From NCBI GenBank assembly GCA_002353825.1, contig DEKJ01000003.1, forward strand, positions 17,001 to 81,000: a stretch of DNA of 64,000 nt. The letters run 5' to 3'. The notes under the pieces were generated by a model. The model was not told the origin of the DNA. It ran no database searches and was given only the letters and a program-made list of their open reading frames with translations. This document shows, in pieces, positions 9,277-18,578 of the stretch. Numbering within the stretch: the first letter of the stretch is position 1; each line of letters starts with the position of its first letter. The position numbers and the translations under genes are program-made. The stretch comes from Prevotella sp. UBA2725. Lineage in GTDB: Bacteria; Bacteroidota; Bacteroidia; Bacteroidales; Bacteroidaceae.

Positions 9277-10313
9277 GATACACAAAGCAATTAATCGACC
9301 GCTACAAGCGTTTCCGAAATACAAGTCTTTTAAGACACGACTATCATGCTAGGTATGCTTTCGTCGGTATAGGCAATCATAGCATGAACAATCTTTATCC
9401 AGTGCTTGCCTTCCTGCATGTGCCCTTGAAGTATGTTTGCTGTAAGTCTGCTGACAAACTGCCTTTAATCGAGCGAGCTTATGCTGGTGTGCATGCCACT
9501 ACTTCCTTGCAGGAAATACTGGCAGACGAAGAAGTGAAAGGCGTTTTTGTCTCAACAGCTCCACAAGCGCATTTCGCAATAGCCACAGAAGTATTGAAGA
9601 GCGGCAAGGCACTGTTTATCGAAAAGCCTCCATGCCAAAGTTTGGAGGAATTGGCGCAACTGTTGGATTTGCAAAAGGCGCATGACGCTATTGTGGAGGT
9701 GGGGTTGCAGAAGCGGAACTCGCCTATCATGCGTCTATTGAAAAAGGAGTTGAAAAAGAGCAAAGCCTCTGCATGCTATAACCTTAAATATCTTACAGGT
9801 GCCTATCCGGAAGGCGATGCCTTACTCGATCTCTTTATCCACCCATTAGATTGCATGACCTATCTGTTTGGCGAAGCTCAAGTGAAATATGCGGAAAGTG
9901 CGGGATGCCATACCTTGATGCTCATTCTTGAACATCGTTGTGCCACAGGCATGCTGGAACTGTCAACTGGCTATTCTTGGAATGACGCAAAAGAACATTG
10001 GACGATCAACACAGTTAGAGGCATCTACGAGATGGACCAATTCGACAGTTTGACCTTTCAGCCCAAGCCCCAAATCATAATGGGCATCCCAATGGAAAAA
10101 ATGTTTCCGTGCGGAAAGACTACCGTCAGTCTGCTTGAAAGAAATAACTTTGTTCCTTTGCAGGAGAATAACCAAATTGTGTCCCAAGGCTATTACGATT
10201 CGATAAAGGGTTTTGTTGATGCCGTAGAGGGGAAGAATATGCGAGTGCCATCTTCATTGGAACACCTAACTCACACCTACTCTTTGATAGAGAATATACG
10301 AACATTAATATAA
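9273..10313 (+). CDS. Gfo/Idh/MocA family oxidoreductase
   Basis: FVGIGNH Rossmann motif, HFAIATEVLKSGKALFIEKPP, DLFIHPLD. Confidence 0.9.
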   Translation: MRYTKQLIDRYKRFRNTSLLRHDYHARYAFVGIGNHSMNNLYPVLAFLHVPLKYVCCKSADKLPLIERAYAGVHATTSLQEILADEEVKGVFVSTAPQAHFAIATEVLKSGKALFIEKPPCQSLEELAQLLDLQKAHDAIVEVGLQKRNSPIMRLLKKELKKSKASACYNLKYLTGAYPEGDALLDLFIHPLDCMTYLFGEAQVKYAESAGCHTLMLILEHRCATGMLELSTGYSWNDAKEHWTINTVRGIYEMDQFDSLTFQPKPQIIMGIPMEKMFPCGKTTVSLLERNNFVPLQENNQIVSQGYYDSIKGFVDAVEGKNMRVPSSLEHLTHTYSLIENIRTLI

Positions 10314-10325
10314 AATGGAGGATTT

Positions 10326-10838
10326 ATGAAAACAACATTATTCGGATGTGTCTTATCAGCACTCATGTTGGCCTCTTGCTCGTCTGAACAAAATGTAACA
10401 GAGCCTGTGAGATTGAGCGACATCGTTAATACTGGGTGTACAAGATCTTTCTCTGCAAAAGAGAGTCGACCTGAGTATTACAGAAGTGAAATGGAAAAGA
10501 AGCCCCAAGTGTCTATTTCCGTTGATAAGAATGGGGTGGCGACCTTCAACTTCACAGACCTTGAAGCTAATTGCATTGTGAATGAATTCCGTCCGTCTGT
10601 AAAAGCTAATGACGGAGAAATCGCCATAGTGTTGATACCGTATACTCCAGACCCGACAGTGGAAGCCGATTGTTATTGCAGATACGATGTAAGTTTCAAA
10701 CTCAGCAATGTGGTATCAGGCAAATACTGCATAAAAATTTATGAGTCGGATTATTATGGCAAATACGACACCGTACATCCATCTTATGAAGGTTTAGTTT
10801 TATTTGCGCCAAACAAGTCTTTTGAATTTGACCTTTAA
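10326..10838 (+). CDS. Lipoprotein of unknown function
   Basis: Lipobox LASC; NTGC, EANC and DCYCRYD cysteine motifs. Confidence 0.8.
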   Translation: MKTTLFGCVLSALMLASCSSEQNVTEPVRLSDIVNTGCTRSFSAKESRPEYYRSEMEKKPQVSISVDKNGVATFNFTDLEANCIVNEFRPSVKANDGEIAIVLIPYTPDPTVEADCYCRYDVSFKLSNVVSGKYCIKIYESDYYGKYDTVHPSYEGLVLFAPNKSFEFDL

Positions 10839-10844
10839 CGATTA

Positions 10845-10883
10845 AAGTCCCATCCGCATATATACTATATGTCGATGGGACTT
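10845..10883 (+). terminator. Intrinsic terminator of cargo operon
   Basis: aagtcccatc...gatgggactt stem. Confidence 0.7.
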
Positions 10884-10925
10884 GTTGTTTTGATTGTATG
10901 GTTGCTGAGTATCACAGAGCATCAT

Positions 10926-11024
10926 TGCGTAAACACACCTAACTCAAACAGTTTGTTTACGCATTGTTTACGCAATTACACAAAAAAAGCAGCTACGAAA
11001 TTCGTAACTGCTTCATTTTCAGTG
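10926..11024. other. Candidate att end: three TGCGTAAACA motifs plus hairpin adjacent to tRNA 3' end
   Basis: TGCGTAAACA 10926-10935 (+), 10954-10963 and 10965-10974 (-); aagcagctacgaa/ttcgtaactgctt hairpin 10987-11013. Confidence 0.55.
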
Positions 11025-11098
11025 TGGACCAGCTAGGGCTTGAACCTAGGACCTCCAGATTATGAGTCTGTTGCTCTAACCAACTGAGCTACAAGTCC
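11025..11098 (-). tRNA. tRNA with CAT anticodon, probably tRNA-Ile2 (lysidine), otherwise elongator Met
   Basis: GGACTTGTAGCTCAGTTGGTTAGAGCAACAGACTCATAATCTGGAGGTCCTAGGTTCAAGCCCTAGCTGGTCCA cloverleaf. Confidence 0.92.
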
Positions 11099-11230
11099 AA
11101 TCGTTGTTAGATGGTGCCACGAAGGCAATATCTAATCGGTTGTGCAAAGGTAGGCATTTTTTCTTGAAGGAACAAATTTTTGGCAAGATTTTCATAGAGT
11201 TTTTAATGGGTAAGAGTGAGATATCATCGC

Positions 11231-11316
11231 GCCTCGTATGTGTCGCGTTTCCGCCTCGTATGTGACGCGTTTCCGCCTCGTATGCGTCGCGTTTCCGCCT
11301 CATATGTGACGCGATT
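11231..11316. repeat. 22-bp tandem repeat x4 (gcctcgtatgtgacgcgtttcc)
   Basis: Units at 11231, 11253, 11275, 11297; related to 35330-35416. Confidence 0.9.
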
Positions 11317-11350
11317 GCGCTACTGCTATCGGTAAGTTTCCGCTACGGCC

Positions 11351-11388
11351 AAAAAAGAAAGGGAATAAGCCGATGAAAGCTTATTCCC
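11351..11388 (-). terminator. Terminator of sdh operon
   Basis: gggaataagc/gcttattccc stem with T-tract on minus strand. Confidence 0.75.
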
Positions 11389-11479
11389 GAGATTCCACCC
11401 GGCGGCTTATCGTGGCGATATGCTGCCTTAGATGACGTCTGTGCGAATGCTAAATAATGTGCGTTCGACTAATGTGCGA

Positions 11480-12235
11480 TTAGTCGGCGAGCTTAGCCTT
11501 GATGAACTCACGGTTGAGGCGAGCGATGTTGGCGATCGACTCGTTCTTCGGGCACTCAGCCTCGCAGGCGCGGGTGTTGGTGCAGTTACCGAAGCCAAGC
11601 TCCTCCATCTTAGCCACCATGTTCTTCACGCGGCGAGCAGCCTCTACGCGGCCCTGGGGCAGGAGAGCGAATTGGCTGACCTTGGAAGAGACGAAGAGCA
11701 TGGCTGAGCCGTTCTTACAAGCAGCGACACAAGCGCCGCAGCCGATGCAGGTAGCGCAGTCCATAGCCTCGTCGGCAGCATCCTTAGAGATAAGGATAGC
11801 GTTGGCATCCTGAGCCTGACCAGTACGCACGCTGGTGTAGCCACCGGCAGCGATGATCTTGTCGAATGCGGAGCGGTCTACCATGCAGTCCTTGATGATG
11901 GGGAATGCAGCAGAACGCCAGGGCTCCACGGTGATGACATCTCCGTCGTGGAAGCGGCGCATGTAGAGCTGGCAGGTTGTAGCACCCTGTGCAGGTCCGT
12001 GGGGATGACCGTTGATATAGAGCGAGCACATACCGCAGATACCCTCGCGGCAGTCGTGGTCGAAGACGAAAGGCTCGTTGCCACCCTCGATGAGCTGTTC
12101 GTTCAGGATGTCGAGCATCTCGAGGAACGAAGTGTCGCCAGGGATGTCCTTCATCTCAAAGGTGTCGAAGTGACCCTCTGCTTTAGGTCCATTCTGACGC
12201 CATACCTTCAGCGTGAAACTAATATTTGTATCCAT
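11480..12235 (-). CDS. sdhB: Succinate dehydrogenase/fumarate reductase Fe-S subunit
   Basis: [32 protein letters not shown]. Confidence 0.97.
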   Translation of the reverse strand: MDTNISFTLKVWRQNGPKAEGHFDTFEMKDIPGDTSFLEMLDILNEQLIEGGNEPFVFDHDCREGICGMCSLYINGHPHGPAQGATTCQLYMRRFHDGDVITVEPWRSAAFPIIKDCMVDRSAFDKIIAAGGYTSVRTGQAQDANAILISKDAADEAMDCATCIGCGACVAACKNGSAMLFVSSKVSQFALLPQGRVEAARRVKNMVAKMEELGFGNCTNTRACEAECPKNESIANIARLNREFIKAKLAD

Positions 12236-12311
12236 GTTTTTGTATTCTGAATTTAATATGTTGTTTATTAGCGCTCCTCACCCCCTCTACGGGAGGGGGC
12301 TGGGGGAGGCT

Positions 12312-14276
12312 TTAGCTCTTGTAGTTACGCGTCTGCACCTTGATGTACTGGTAGTTGAGGTCTTCCTTGTAGAGCACTGGAGCCTGGTCTTCGCCCTTGT
12401 ACTCCCAGCAAGCGACGTACATGTAGTGCTCGTCGTCACGCTTAGCCTCACCATCCTCAGTCTGGCTCTCCTCGCGGAAGTGGCCACCGCAGCTCTCGTT
12501 ACGCTCGAGAGCATCGTAAGCGATGAGCTCACCCATGAGGATGAAGTCGCGGAGGTGGATAGCCTTGTCGAGCTCGACGTTGAGGCCTTCCTTAGAACCC
12601 GGCACACGCACGCAGGTGTTGAACTGCTCGCGCACGTCCTTCAGCATAGCGAGCGCCTTCTTCAGGCCTTCCTCGTTACGGGCCATACCGACGTAGTTCC
12701 ACATGATGTTGTAGAGCTCCTTGTGGATAGAGTCGACACTCTTCAGCTTCGACTTGTCGGTCTGCTTGTTCTGGATGTCCATGATACGGTCGATCTCAGC
12801 CTGCACACCCTTCTCAGCCTCTACGAACTCAGGAGCGTCTGTGCTCGGCTTCTTCACCTGGATCTGGTCGGAGAGATAGTTCTGCATGGTGTAAGGGATG
12901 ACGAAGTAACCGTCGGACAGACCCTGCATCAGTGCGGAAGCACCGAGGCGGTTAGCACCGTGGTCGGAGAAGTTGCACTCACCGAGGGCGAAGAGACCCT
13001 TGATGTTTGTCTGCAGCTCGTAGTTGACCCACAGGCCACCCATGGTATAGTGAATGGCGGGGAAGATCATCATCGGGTTCTCGTGCGGATCAACGTCCGT
13101 GATCTCCTGATACATATCGAAGAGGTTACCGTAACGCTGGTCAACGACATCGCGGCCGAGACGCTGGAAAGCCTCAGAGAAGTCGAGGAATACAGCCAGG
13201 CCAGTGTTGTTCACGCCATAGCCCTTGTCGGTACGCTCCTTAGCAGCACGTGAAGCCACGTCACGAGGCACGAGGTTACCGAAGGCAGGATAACGGCGCT
13301 CGAGGTAGTAGTCGCGGTCCTCCTCAGGAATGTCGCGGCCCTTGAGCTCACCACGCTGCAGCTTCTTGGCATCCTCCAACTTCTTTGGTACCCAGATACG
13401 GCCATCGTTACGGAGAGACTCTGACATCAGAGTCAGCTTCGACTGCTTGTCGCCGTGTACAGGGATACAAGTCGGGTGGATCTGCACGAAGCAGGGGTTA
13501 GCGAACCAAGCGCCCTTACGGTAAGCCTGGATAGCAGCTGTACAGTTACAGCCCATAGCGTTGGTAGAGAGGAAGTAAGTGTTGCCGTAACCACCGGTAG
13601 CGAGACATACAGCGTGAGCGGAGTAGCGCTCGAGCTTGCCTGTTACGAGGTTCTTGGCGATGACGCCACGGCAGCGACCGTCGATGATGACGATATCCTC
13701 GATCTCCGTACGTGTGTGGAGCTCCACAGTGCCGTGATGCACCTCTTTCATCAGCGAAGAGTAAGCACCGAGCAGCAGCTGCTGACCTGTCTGACCCTTG
13801 GCGTAGAAAGTACGGCTCACCTGCACGCCACCGAAAGAACGGTTAGCCAGCATGCCGCCATACTCACGAGCGAAAGGCACGCCCTGAGCCACGCACTGGT
13901 CAATGATGTTGGCACTGACCTCAGCCAGACGATAGACGTTGGCCTCACGTGCACGGTAGTCACCGCCCTTGATGGTATCGTAGAACAGACGGTAGACGGC
14001 ATCACCATCGTTCTGGTAGTTCTTAGCTGCATTGATACCGCCCTGAGCTGCGATAGAGTGAGCACGGCGCGGAGAGTCCTGGATGCAGAAGTTGATTACG
14101 TGGAAGCCCATCTCGCCGAGAGAAGCAGCAGCGCTGGCACCAGCCAGACCTGTACCTACGACGATGATGTCAAGCTTACGCTTGTTGGCGGGGTTCACCA
14201 GTTTCTGATGAGCTTTATAGTTGGTCCATTTTTCGGCCAGGGGGCCTTCTGGAATTCTTGAATCTATCTGAGTCAT
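12312..14276 (-). CDS. sdhA: Succinate dehydrogenase/fumarate reductase flavoprotein subunit
   Basis: [42 protein letters not shown]. Confidence 0.97.
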   Translation of the reverse strand: MTQIDSRIPEGPLAEKWTNYKAHQKLVNPANKRKLDIIVVGTGLAGASAAASLGEMGFHVINFCIQDSPRRAHSIAAQGGINAAKNYQNDGDAVYRLFYDTIKGGDYRAREANVYRLAEVSANIIDQCVAQGVPFAREYGGMLANRSFGGVQVSRTFYAKGQTGQQLLLGAYSSLMKEVHHGTVELHTRTEIEDIVIIDGRCRGVIAKNLVTGKLERYSAHAVCLATGGYGNTYFLSTNAMGCNCTAAIQAYRKGAWFANPCFVQIHPTCIPVHGDKQSKLTLMSESLRNDGRIWVPKKLEDAKKLQRGELKGRDIPEEDRDYYLERRYPAFGNLVPRDVASRAAKERTDKGYGVNNTGLAVFLDFSEAFQRLGRDVVDQRYGNLFDMYQEITDVDPHENPMMIFPAIHYTMGGLWVNYELQTNIKGLFALGECNFSDHGANRLGASALMQGLSDGYFVIPYTMQNYLSDQIQVKKPSTDAPEFVEAEKGVQAEIDRIMDIQNKQTDKSKLKSVDSIHKELYNIMWNYVGMARNEEGLKKALAMLKDVREQFNTCVRVPGSKEGLNVELDKAIHLRDFILMGELIAYDALERNESCGGHFREESQTEDGEAKRDDEHYMYVACWEYKGEDQAPVLYKEDLNYQYIKVQTRNYKS

Positions 14277-14319
14277 TTTGTTTAATGATTTAAAGAGTTG
14301 TGAGCTTATAGGTTCACTT

Positions 14320-14347
14320 TAACACCTAACACCTAACAGCTATCACC
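14320..14347. repeat. Heptamer repeat TA(A/T)CA(C/G)C x4
   Basis: taacacc taacacc taacagc tatcacc between sdhC stop and sdhA start. Confidence 0.6.
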
Positions 14348-15025
14348 TTATTTGAAGCTGGGTGCGAAGCCGAGCCAGAAAGAGAGCACGAGGAATACGA
14401 AGACAGCCATGAGGATCGAGACATAGATGATGCCGATCGTCTGCCAGCGCTTCAACCAGATCTTACCGCTGATACCGAGCGTCTGCATAGCGCTCCAGAA
14501 ACCGTGGCTCAGATGGAACCAGATGGCGCACATCCACACGATGTAGAGGATAGAGAAGACGGGGTTGGCGAAAGTCTGCTGGATCCAGCCGAAACCGTCA
14601 GTAGGAGCCGGAGTAGTGGGGCAGCCAGCGAGCTCAGCGAACATCATGTGAGCCCAGAAGTTGTAGAGGTGCAGGATGAGGCCGAGGAGGATGATGATAC
14701 CCAGGACGAGCATGTTCTGCGAAGCCCAGGACACCTCAGGACGGCGGCTTGTCACCTCATAGCGCTGCGGGCCACGAGCGCGGCGGTTCTGCGCGGTAAG
14801 GATAAACGCGTAGACGATGTGGCACACAGCCAGGAAGGCAAGTGCCAGCGTTCCTACTACAGCATACCAGTTGCTTCCCAAGAAAGCGCAGATCGTGTTG
14901 TACGCATTCCCAGAGAAGAATGCGGCAACATTCATGCAGCAGTGGAAAGTCAGGAAAAGGATGAGGCAGATGCCAGTGACAGACATCACCACTTTTCTAC
15001 CAATCGGAGAATTGATTAACCACAT
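14348..15025 (-). CDS. sdhC: Succinate dehydrogenase/fumarate reductase cytochrome b subunit
   Basis: SPIGRKVVMSVTG, five TM segments with His ligands, HLSHGFWSAMQTLG. Confidence 0.95.
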   Translation of the reverse strand: MWLINSPIGRKVVMSVTGICLILFLTFHCCMNVAAFFSGNAYNTICAFLGSNWYAVVGTLALAFLAVCHIVYAFILTAQNRRARGPQRYEVTSRRPEVSWASQNMLVLGIIILLGLILHLYNFWAHMMFAELAGCPTTPAPTDGFGWIQQTFANPVFSILYIVWMCAIWFHLSHGFWSAMQTLGISGKIWLKRWQTIGIIYVSILMAVFVFLVLSFWLGFAPSFK

Positions 15026-15237
15026 AAATGATTGATTTAAATATTAATGTTATGTTTTTGTATATATATCATTTTTGGGCTTGCACATACCACACATTAG
15101 GTAGCTGTAGCGCGTTTCCGCTGCAAAAATACTATTATTTTGGCGATTGTACAAATTTACCCCTAAAATTTCCACATCATTAATGCATAATTACATAACA
15201 TTTGACATCTTCTGCCGAGATCGTGGTCGATAATAAC

Positions 15238-15290
15238 CGTTATCGCATCTCCATTTCATCGTTATCGCATCTCCATTCCATCGTAATCGC
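15238..15290. repeat. 22-bp tandem repeat x2.4 (cgttatcgcatctccatt(t/c)cat)
   Basis: Units at 15238, 15260 and partial 15282. Confidence 0.8.
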
Positions 15291-15321
15291 GGTGTGATTT
15301 AAGTGGAATCGCAATCCCGAA

Positions 15322-16094
15322 ATTCACAATTCACAGTTCACAGTTCACATTAAGGTCGTTCTCACACGGATAAAATGTACGGTTAGTGGATTACAATGTC
15401 AGATGGAAAGATCAACCACAGATGATAGCAATGAAAAACAATAAACTGCAAAAGTAACAAAGTAACATATTAACAGGTAACATTAAGGTCGTTCCCATGA
15501 TGACGGAAGATGCCGAAGTTTAATAAAGATAAATATTGTTCTTATATTATAATAATATTAACAATATATTATTAATATAATAATATATATAGTAAAGAAT
15601 GTTAATTCGAAATCGACTCTCGGTCTTCTCCCGGCTGGCGAGAAAGTATGGAAGGACCTTAATGTGAACTGTGAACTGTGAACGCTGCGCGGCTGCTCCG
15701 GAACTGCATTCGGAGTATGGAACGACCTTAATGTTACCTGTTAATATGTTAACATGTTACTTTTGTAGGGTGGGCAGTTCACCGTAGGGGCGGGATTTGG
15801 CAATGGGGACCGTTCTAAGCGGTACATAGATTGGTCGATCTGTCTTTGTCCCGAAGCTATTTGAGAGACATAGATAATTTTTCTCATAGAAAATTTGGTT
15901 TATTCTGATCCTTTTTCGTAAATTTGCAACTGCATAGGTTCTTCTTGATGCTTGGAGACTTTAAGTCGTTTGGCGAGCCGGTGAGCGTGGGGCGTGAGCT
16001 GCATAATGCCGACTGGATGACGTATGATGAGGCGGTGGAGAGATATTCACAGTTCACAATTCACAGTTCACATTAAGGTCATTCTCACACGGAT
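15322..16094. repeat. Complex of direct and inverted repeats sharing core ACATTAAGGTC
   Basis: A: 15322-15371 (+), 15649-15682 (-), 16045-16094 (+); B: 15450-15495 (+), 15719-15764 (-); very AT-rich 15520-15605. Confidence 0.85.
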
Positions 16095-16099
16095 CTTTT

Positions 16100-16150
16100 T
16101 CTCACACGGATCTTAATGATTTTAAAGATGGTTACGCCGCTTCGCGGCTT
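16100..16150. repeat. Partial copy of cacacggat palindromic repeat family
   Basis: tctcacacggatcttaatgattttaaagatggttacgccgcttcgcggct matches the reverse complement of the right arm of 29333-29474. Confidence 0.7.
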
Positions 16151-16338
16151 CACGGTGGATGCTTTTAACGTCAATCTCCAGCAACTAATGTTTTGTGTCA
16201 ACATCGCCAACAGGTTGAAATGTATGGTCTATATATGATGTACGTTAAAAGAGATTCAAATCTTACAATTAGGATTGCAGTATATCCAATAAAAGTCTTA
16301 TCTTTGCAAGCAGAAAGGATCCTATAAAGACAGAAGCT

Positions 16339-17886
16339 ATGAACAGATACCCTATAGGCATACAGACCTTCGAGGAGATACGGAAGAATGATTTATATTA
16401 TATAGATAAGACGGACCTTATCTATAAGATCGTTAAAGGCTCGAAGAACAATTTTCTGAGCCGTCCCCGTCGTTTTGGCAAGTCATTGCTTGTCACGACC
16501 TTGCAGTCTTATTTCGAGGGGAAGAAGGAACTGTTCAAGGGGCTTGCCATCGAGAAGTTGGAGAAGGACTGGGTGAAGTATCCTGTCATCCATCTCGATT
16601 TGAGCAGTGGAAAATACTTTGAAATACAGCGAATAAAGTCCACACTTGATCTTCTCTTGTCCCGCTATGAACTCTATTATGGTCTCAATCCAATAGACCG
16701 AAGTGCTTACGGAGATCGCTTAAACAACATCATTCAGACCGCTGTCACAGCATCCGGTCAGAAGGTTGTCGTCCTCATCGATGAGTACGATGCGCCAATG
16801 CTTGACAGCAATAATAAACCGGAACTGCAAGCTCAGATCCGTGACATCATGCGCGATTTCTTCAGTCCGTTGAAGGCGCAGGAAGGTAACCTTCGCTTTG
16901 TCTTCCTCACTGGCATCACGAAGTTCTCTCAGCTCAGTATCTTCAGTGAACTGAATAACATCAAAAACTACAGCCTTGATGACGAGTTCGGTGCGATATG
17001 TGGGTTTACAAAGGAAGAGATTTTAAATACGTTCCATGAGGGTCTCAATGAGCTCGCGAAGGTTAACGGGCTCTCTTTTGATGAAGCAGTGGATAAGATG
17101 CAGGAACAGTATGATGGCTATCATTTTACGCCACACTGTCCTAACATCTATAATCCTTATAGCGTGCTGAATGCTTTGTATGACAAGAAGTTCAGCAACT
17201 ACTGGTTTGCTACTGGTACCCCGACCTTCTTGTTGGAACTGCTTACGGAGAACAATATCGATATGCCTCAATTGGAGGGTATAGATGCTACAGAGGATCA
17301 GTTTGATACCCCGACAGACAATATTAGCAACCCCATTCCTGTATTGTATCAAAGTGGCTATTTGACCATAAAAGACTATGATGAGGGTATCTATACCCTT
17401 GGCTACCCCAACGAGGAAGTGCGTATGGGACTGAACAGGAGTATGTTGAACTACATTGCTCCCCGGTATGGTCTGCGGTCAACGGCTTTTGCAGTACAGT
17501 TCAGAGCTGCCATGCGCAAGGACGATATTGATACAGCGATGGAAGCATTGCAATCTTTCCTCGCCGGTTTCCCTTATGACATTCATCATAATCGTGAGGA
17601 CTACTTCCAGGCTATTCTCTATACGATATTCATAACCCTGGGTTTCACGATCCATGCGGAAGTGAAGACAGCCCGGGGACGTGTCGACCTGCTCGTTTCG
17701 ACAAAGAACAGTATCTTTGTCATGGAGTTGAAGTTGAATCAGAGTGCGGAAAAAGCCTTGGAGCAGATTGATGCCAAGGACTATTCGCTGCCTTTCAAGC
17801 ATGATGGCCGCCGCATCTTCAAGGTTGGCATCAACTTCTCCACGGAGAAGCGAACAGTAGATGAATGGAAATACAAGGAGGCATAA
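16339..17886 (+). CDS. AAA-ATPase-like protein with C-terminal PD-(D/E)XK nuclease domain
   Basis: MNRYPIGIQTFEEIR, SRPRRFGKS, LIDEYDAP, GRVDL...VMELK. Confidence 0.92.
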   Translation: MNRYPIGIQTFEEIRKNDLYYIDKTDLIYKIVKGSKNNFLSRPRRFGKSLLVTTLQSYFEGKKELFKGLAIEKLEKDWVKYPVIHLDLSSGKYFEIQRIKSTLDLLLSRYELYYGLNPIDRSAYGDRLNNIIQTAVTASGQKVVVLIDEYDAPMLDSNNKPELQAQIRDIMRDFFSPLKAQEGNLRFVFLTGITKFSQLSIFSELNNIKNYSLDDEFGAICGFTKEEILNTFHEGLNELAKVNGLSFDEAVDKMQEQYDGYHFTPHCPNIYNPYSVLNALYDKKFSNYWFATGTPTFLLELLTENNIDMPQLEGIDATEDQFDTPTDNISNPIPVLYQSGYLTIKDYDEGIYTLGYPNEEVRMGLNRSMLNYIAPRYGLRSTAFAVQFRAAMRKDDIDTAMEALQSFLAGFPYDIHHNREDYFQAILYTIFITLGFTIHAEVKTARGRVDLLVSTKNSIFVMELKLNQSAEKALEQIDAKDYSLPFKHDGRRIFKVGINFSTEKRTVDEWKYKEA

Positions 17887-17900
17887 TGAGGTCCATGTGG

Positions 17901-18242
17901 CTATATCTTCTTCCCATGCAGATATTGCCACAGATAGATGGCGTAGTCGCACTGGCGAAGCTTGACAATAGCAACCTTCACAAGATCCTCCACCTCGCGG
18001 ACAGTCATGTCGAAGTCCTCTGCGATACGTGCCGGGCGGTGGGGCGTGCAGCCGATGCCGAAGTAACGCTCTACGATGCTCTGCTCGTGCTCAGTGAGCT
18101 GCTGCCGCATCAGGTTGTCGATGTGGTGCAGCAGTTCGTTGCGCATGATGCGGTCGTATGCTTGGCCCTCGCGCTTTTCTTCATCCCATAGTTCGGATAG
18201 CTCTGCGGGTATTGAATGCCGATGATATTGTCGTCTGTACAT
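17901..18242 (-). CDS. Small stand-alone sigma-70 region 4 protein
   Basis: LTEHEQSIVERYFGIG...IAEDFDMTVREVEDLVKVAIVKLR resembles RpoD region 4. Confidence 0.7.
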   Translation of the reverse strand: MYRRQYHRHSIPAELSELWDEEKREGQAYDRIMRNELLHHIDNLMRQQLTEHEQSIVERYFGIGCTPHRPARIAEDFDMTVREVEDLVKVAIVKLRQCDYAIYLWQYLHGKKI

Positions 18243-18305
18243 TGTTGCTTATCTGATAAAGACAAAAAGAAAGGGTTAAAGTTCTTAGAACTCTAACCCT
18301 TTAGG

Positions 18306-18379
18306 CGCTCCAGGATGGGCTTGAACCAACGACCCCCTGATTAACAGTCAGGTGCTCTAACCAACTGAGCTACTGAAGC
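18306..18379 (-). tRNA. tRNA-Asn (GTT)
   Basis: GCTTCAGTAGCTCAGTTGGTTAGAGCACCTGACTGTTAATCAGGGGGTCGTTGGTTCAAGCCCATCCTGGAGCG; terminator hairpin 18270-18302. Confidence 0.95.
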
Positions 18380-18578
18380 ATTTTGTTTGTTATTGTGCTC
18401 GTCATTTCTGATTTGCGGTTGCAAAGGTACACACATTTTGCGAACCCACCAAACATTTTCGTAACTTTTTTATCATTTTCCTTCAAAAAACTTATTTTTG
18501 CCGCTTTGAGCGCATGAAAGGACGCGATTATTCGTATCTTTGCACCTATTATATAGTAACGGAGAAATTATTATAGCA

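Larger units (their letters stand above)
1..11024. mobile_element. Integrative mobilizable element (right portion) inserted at tRNA(CAT) 3' end; left end and integrase outside window
   Basis: DUF3853, initiator, DnaC-like ATPase and two mobC/relaxase pairs; visibly more AT-rich than the sdh genes; ends at tRNA 3' end with repeated TGCGTAAACA motifs. Confidence 0.8.

Noticed and set aside
11231-11316. CRISPR array (also 35330-35416, 48016-48103)
   Set aside because: Units are directly adjacent with no unique spacers, and no cas genes are in the window
11480-15025. Missing sdhD
   Set aside because: A single cytochrome b anchor (three-subunit enzyme) is normal in Bacteroidota
11432-15035. Long plus-strand ORFs over sdhCAB (e.g. 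12213-13253, 13455-14261)
   Set aside because: Antisense shadows of strongly biased, clearly identifiable sdh genes; the same applies to shadow ORFs over the S41, S46, DEAD, GH3 and Hsp70 genes
16339-17886. Novel defence nuclease
   Set aside because: Very common multi-copy Bacteroidota AAA/PD-(D/E)XK family with no partner genes here
16339-18379. Genomic islet at tRNA-Asn
   Set aside because: No integrase or duplicated tRNA 3' end seen
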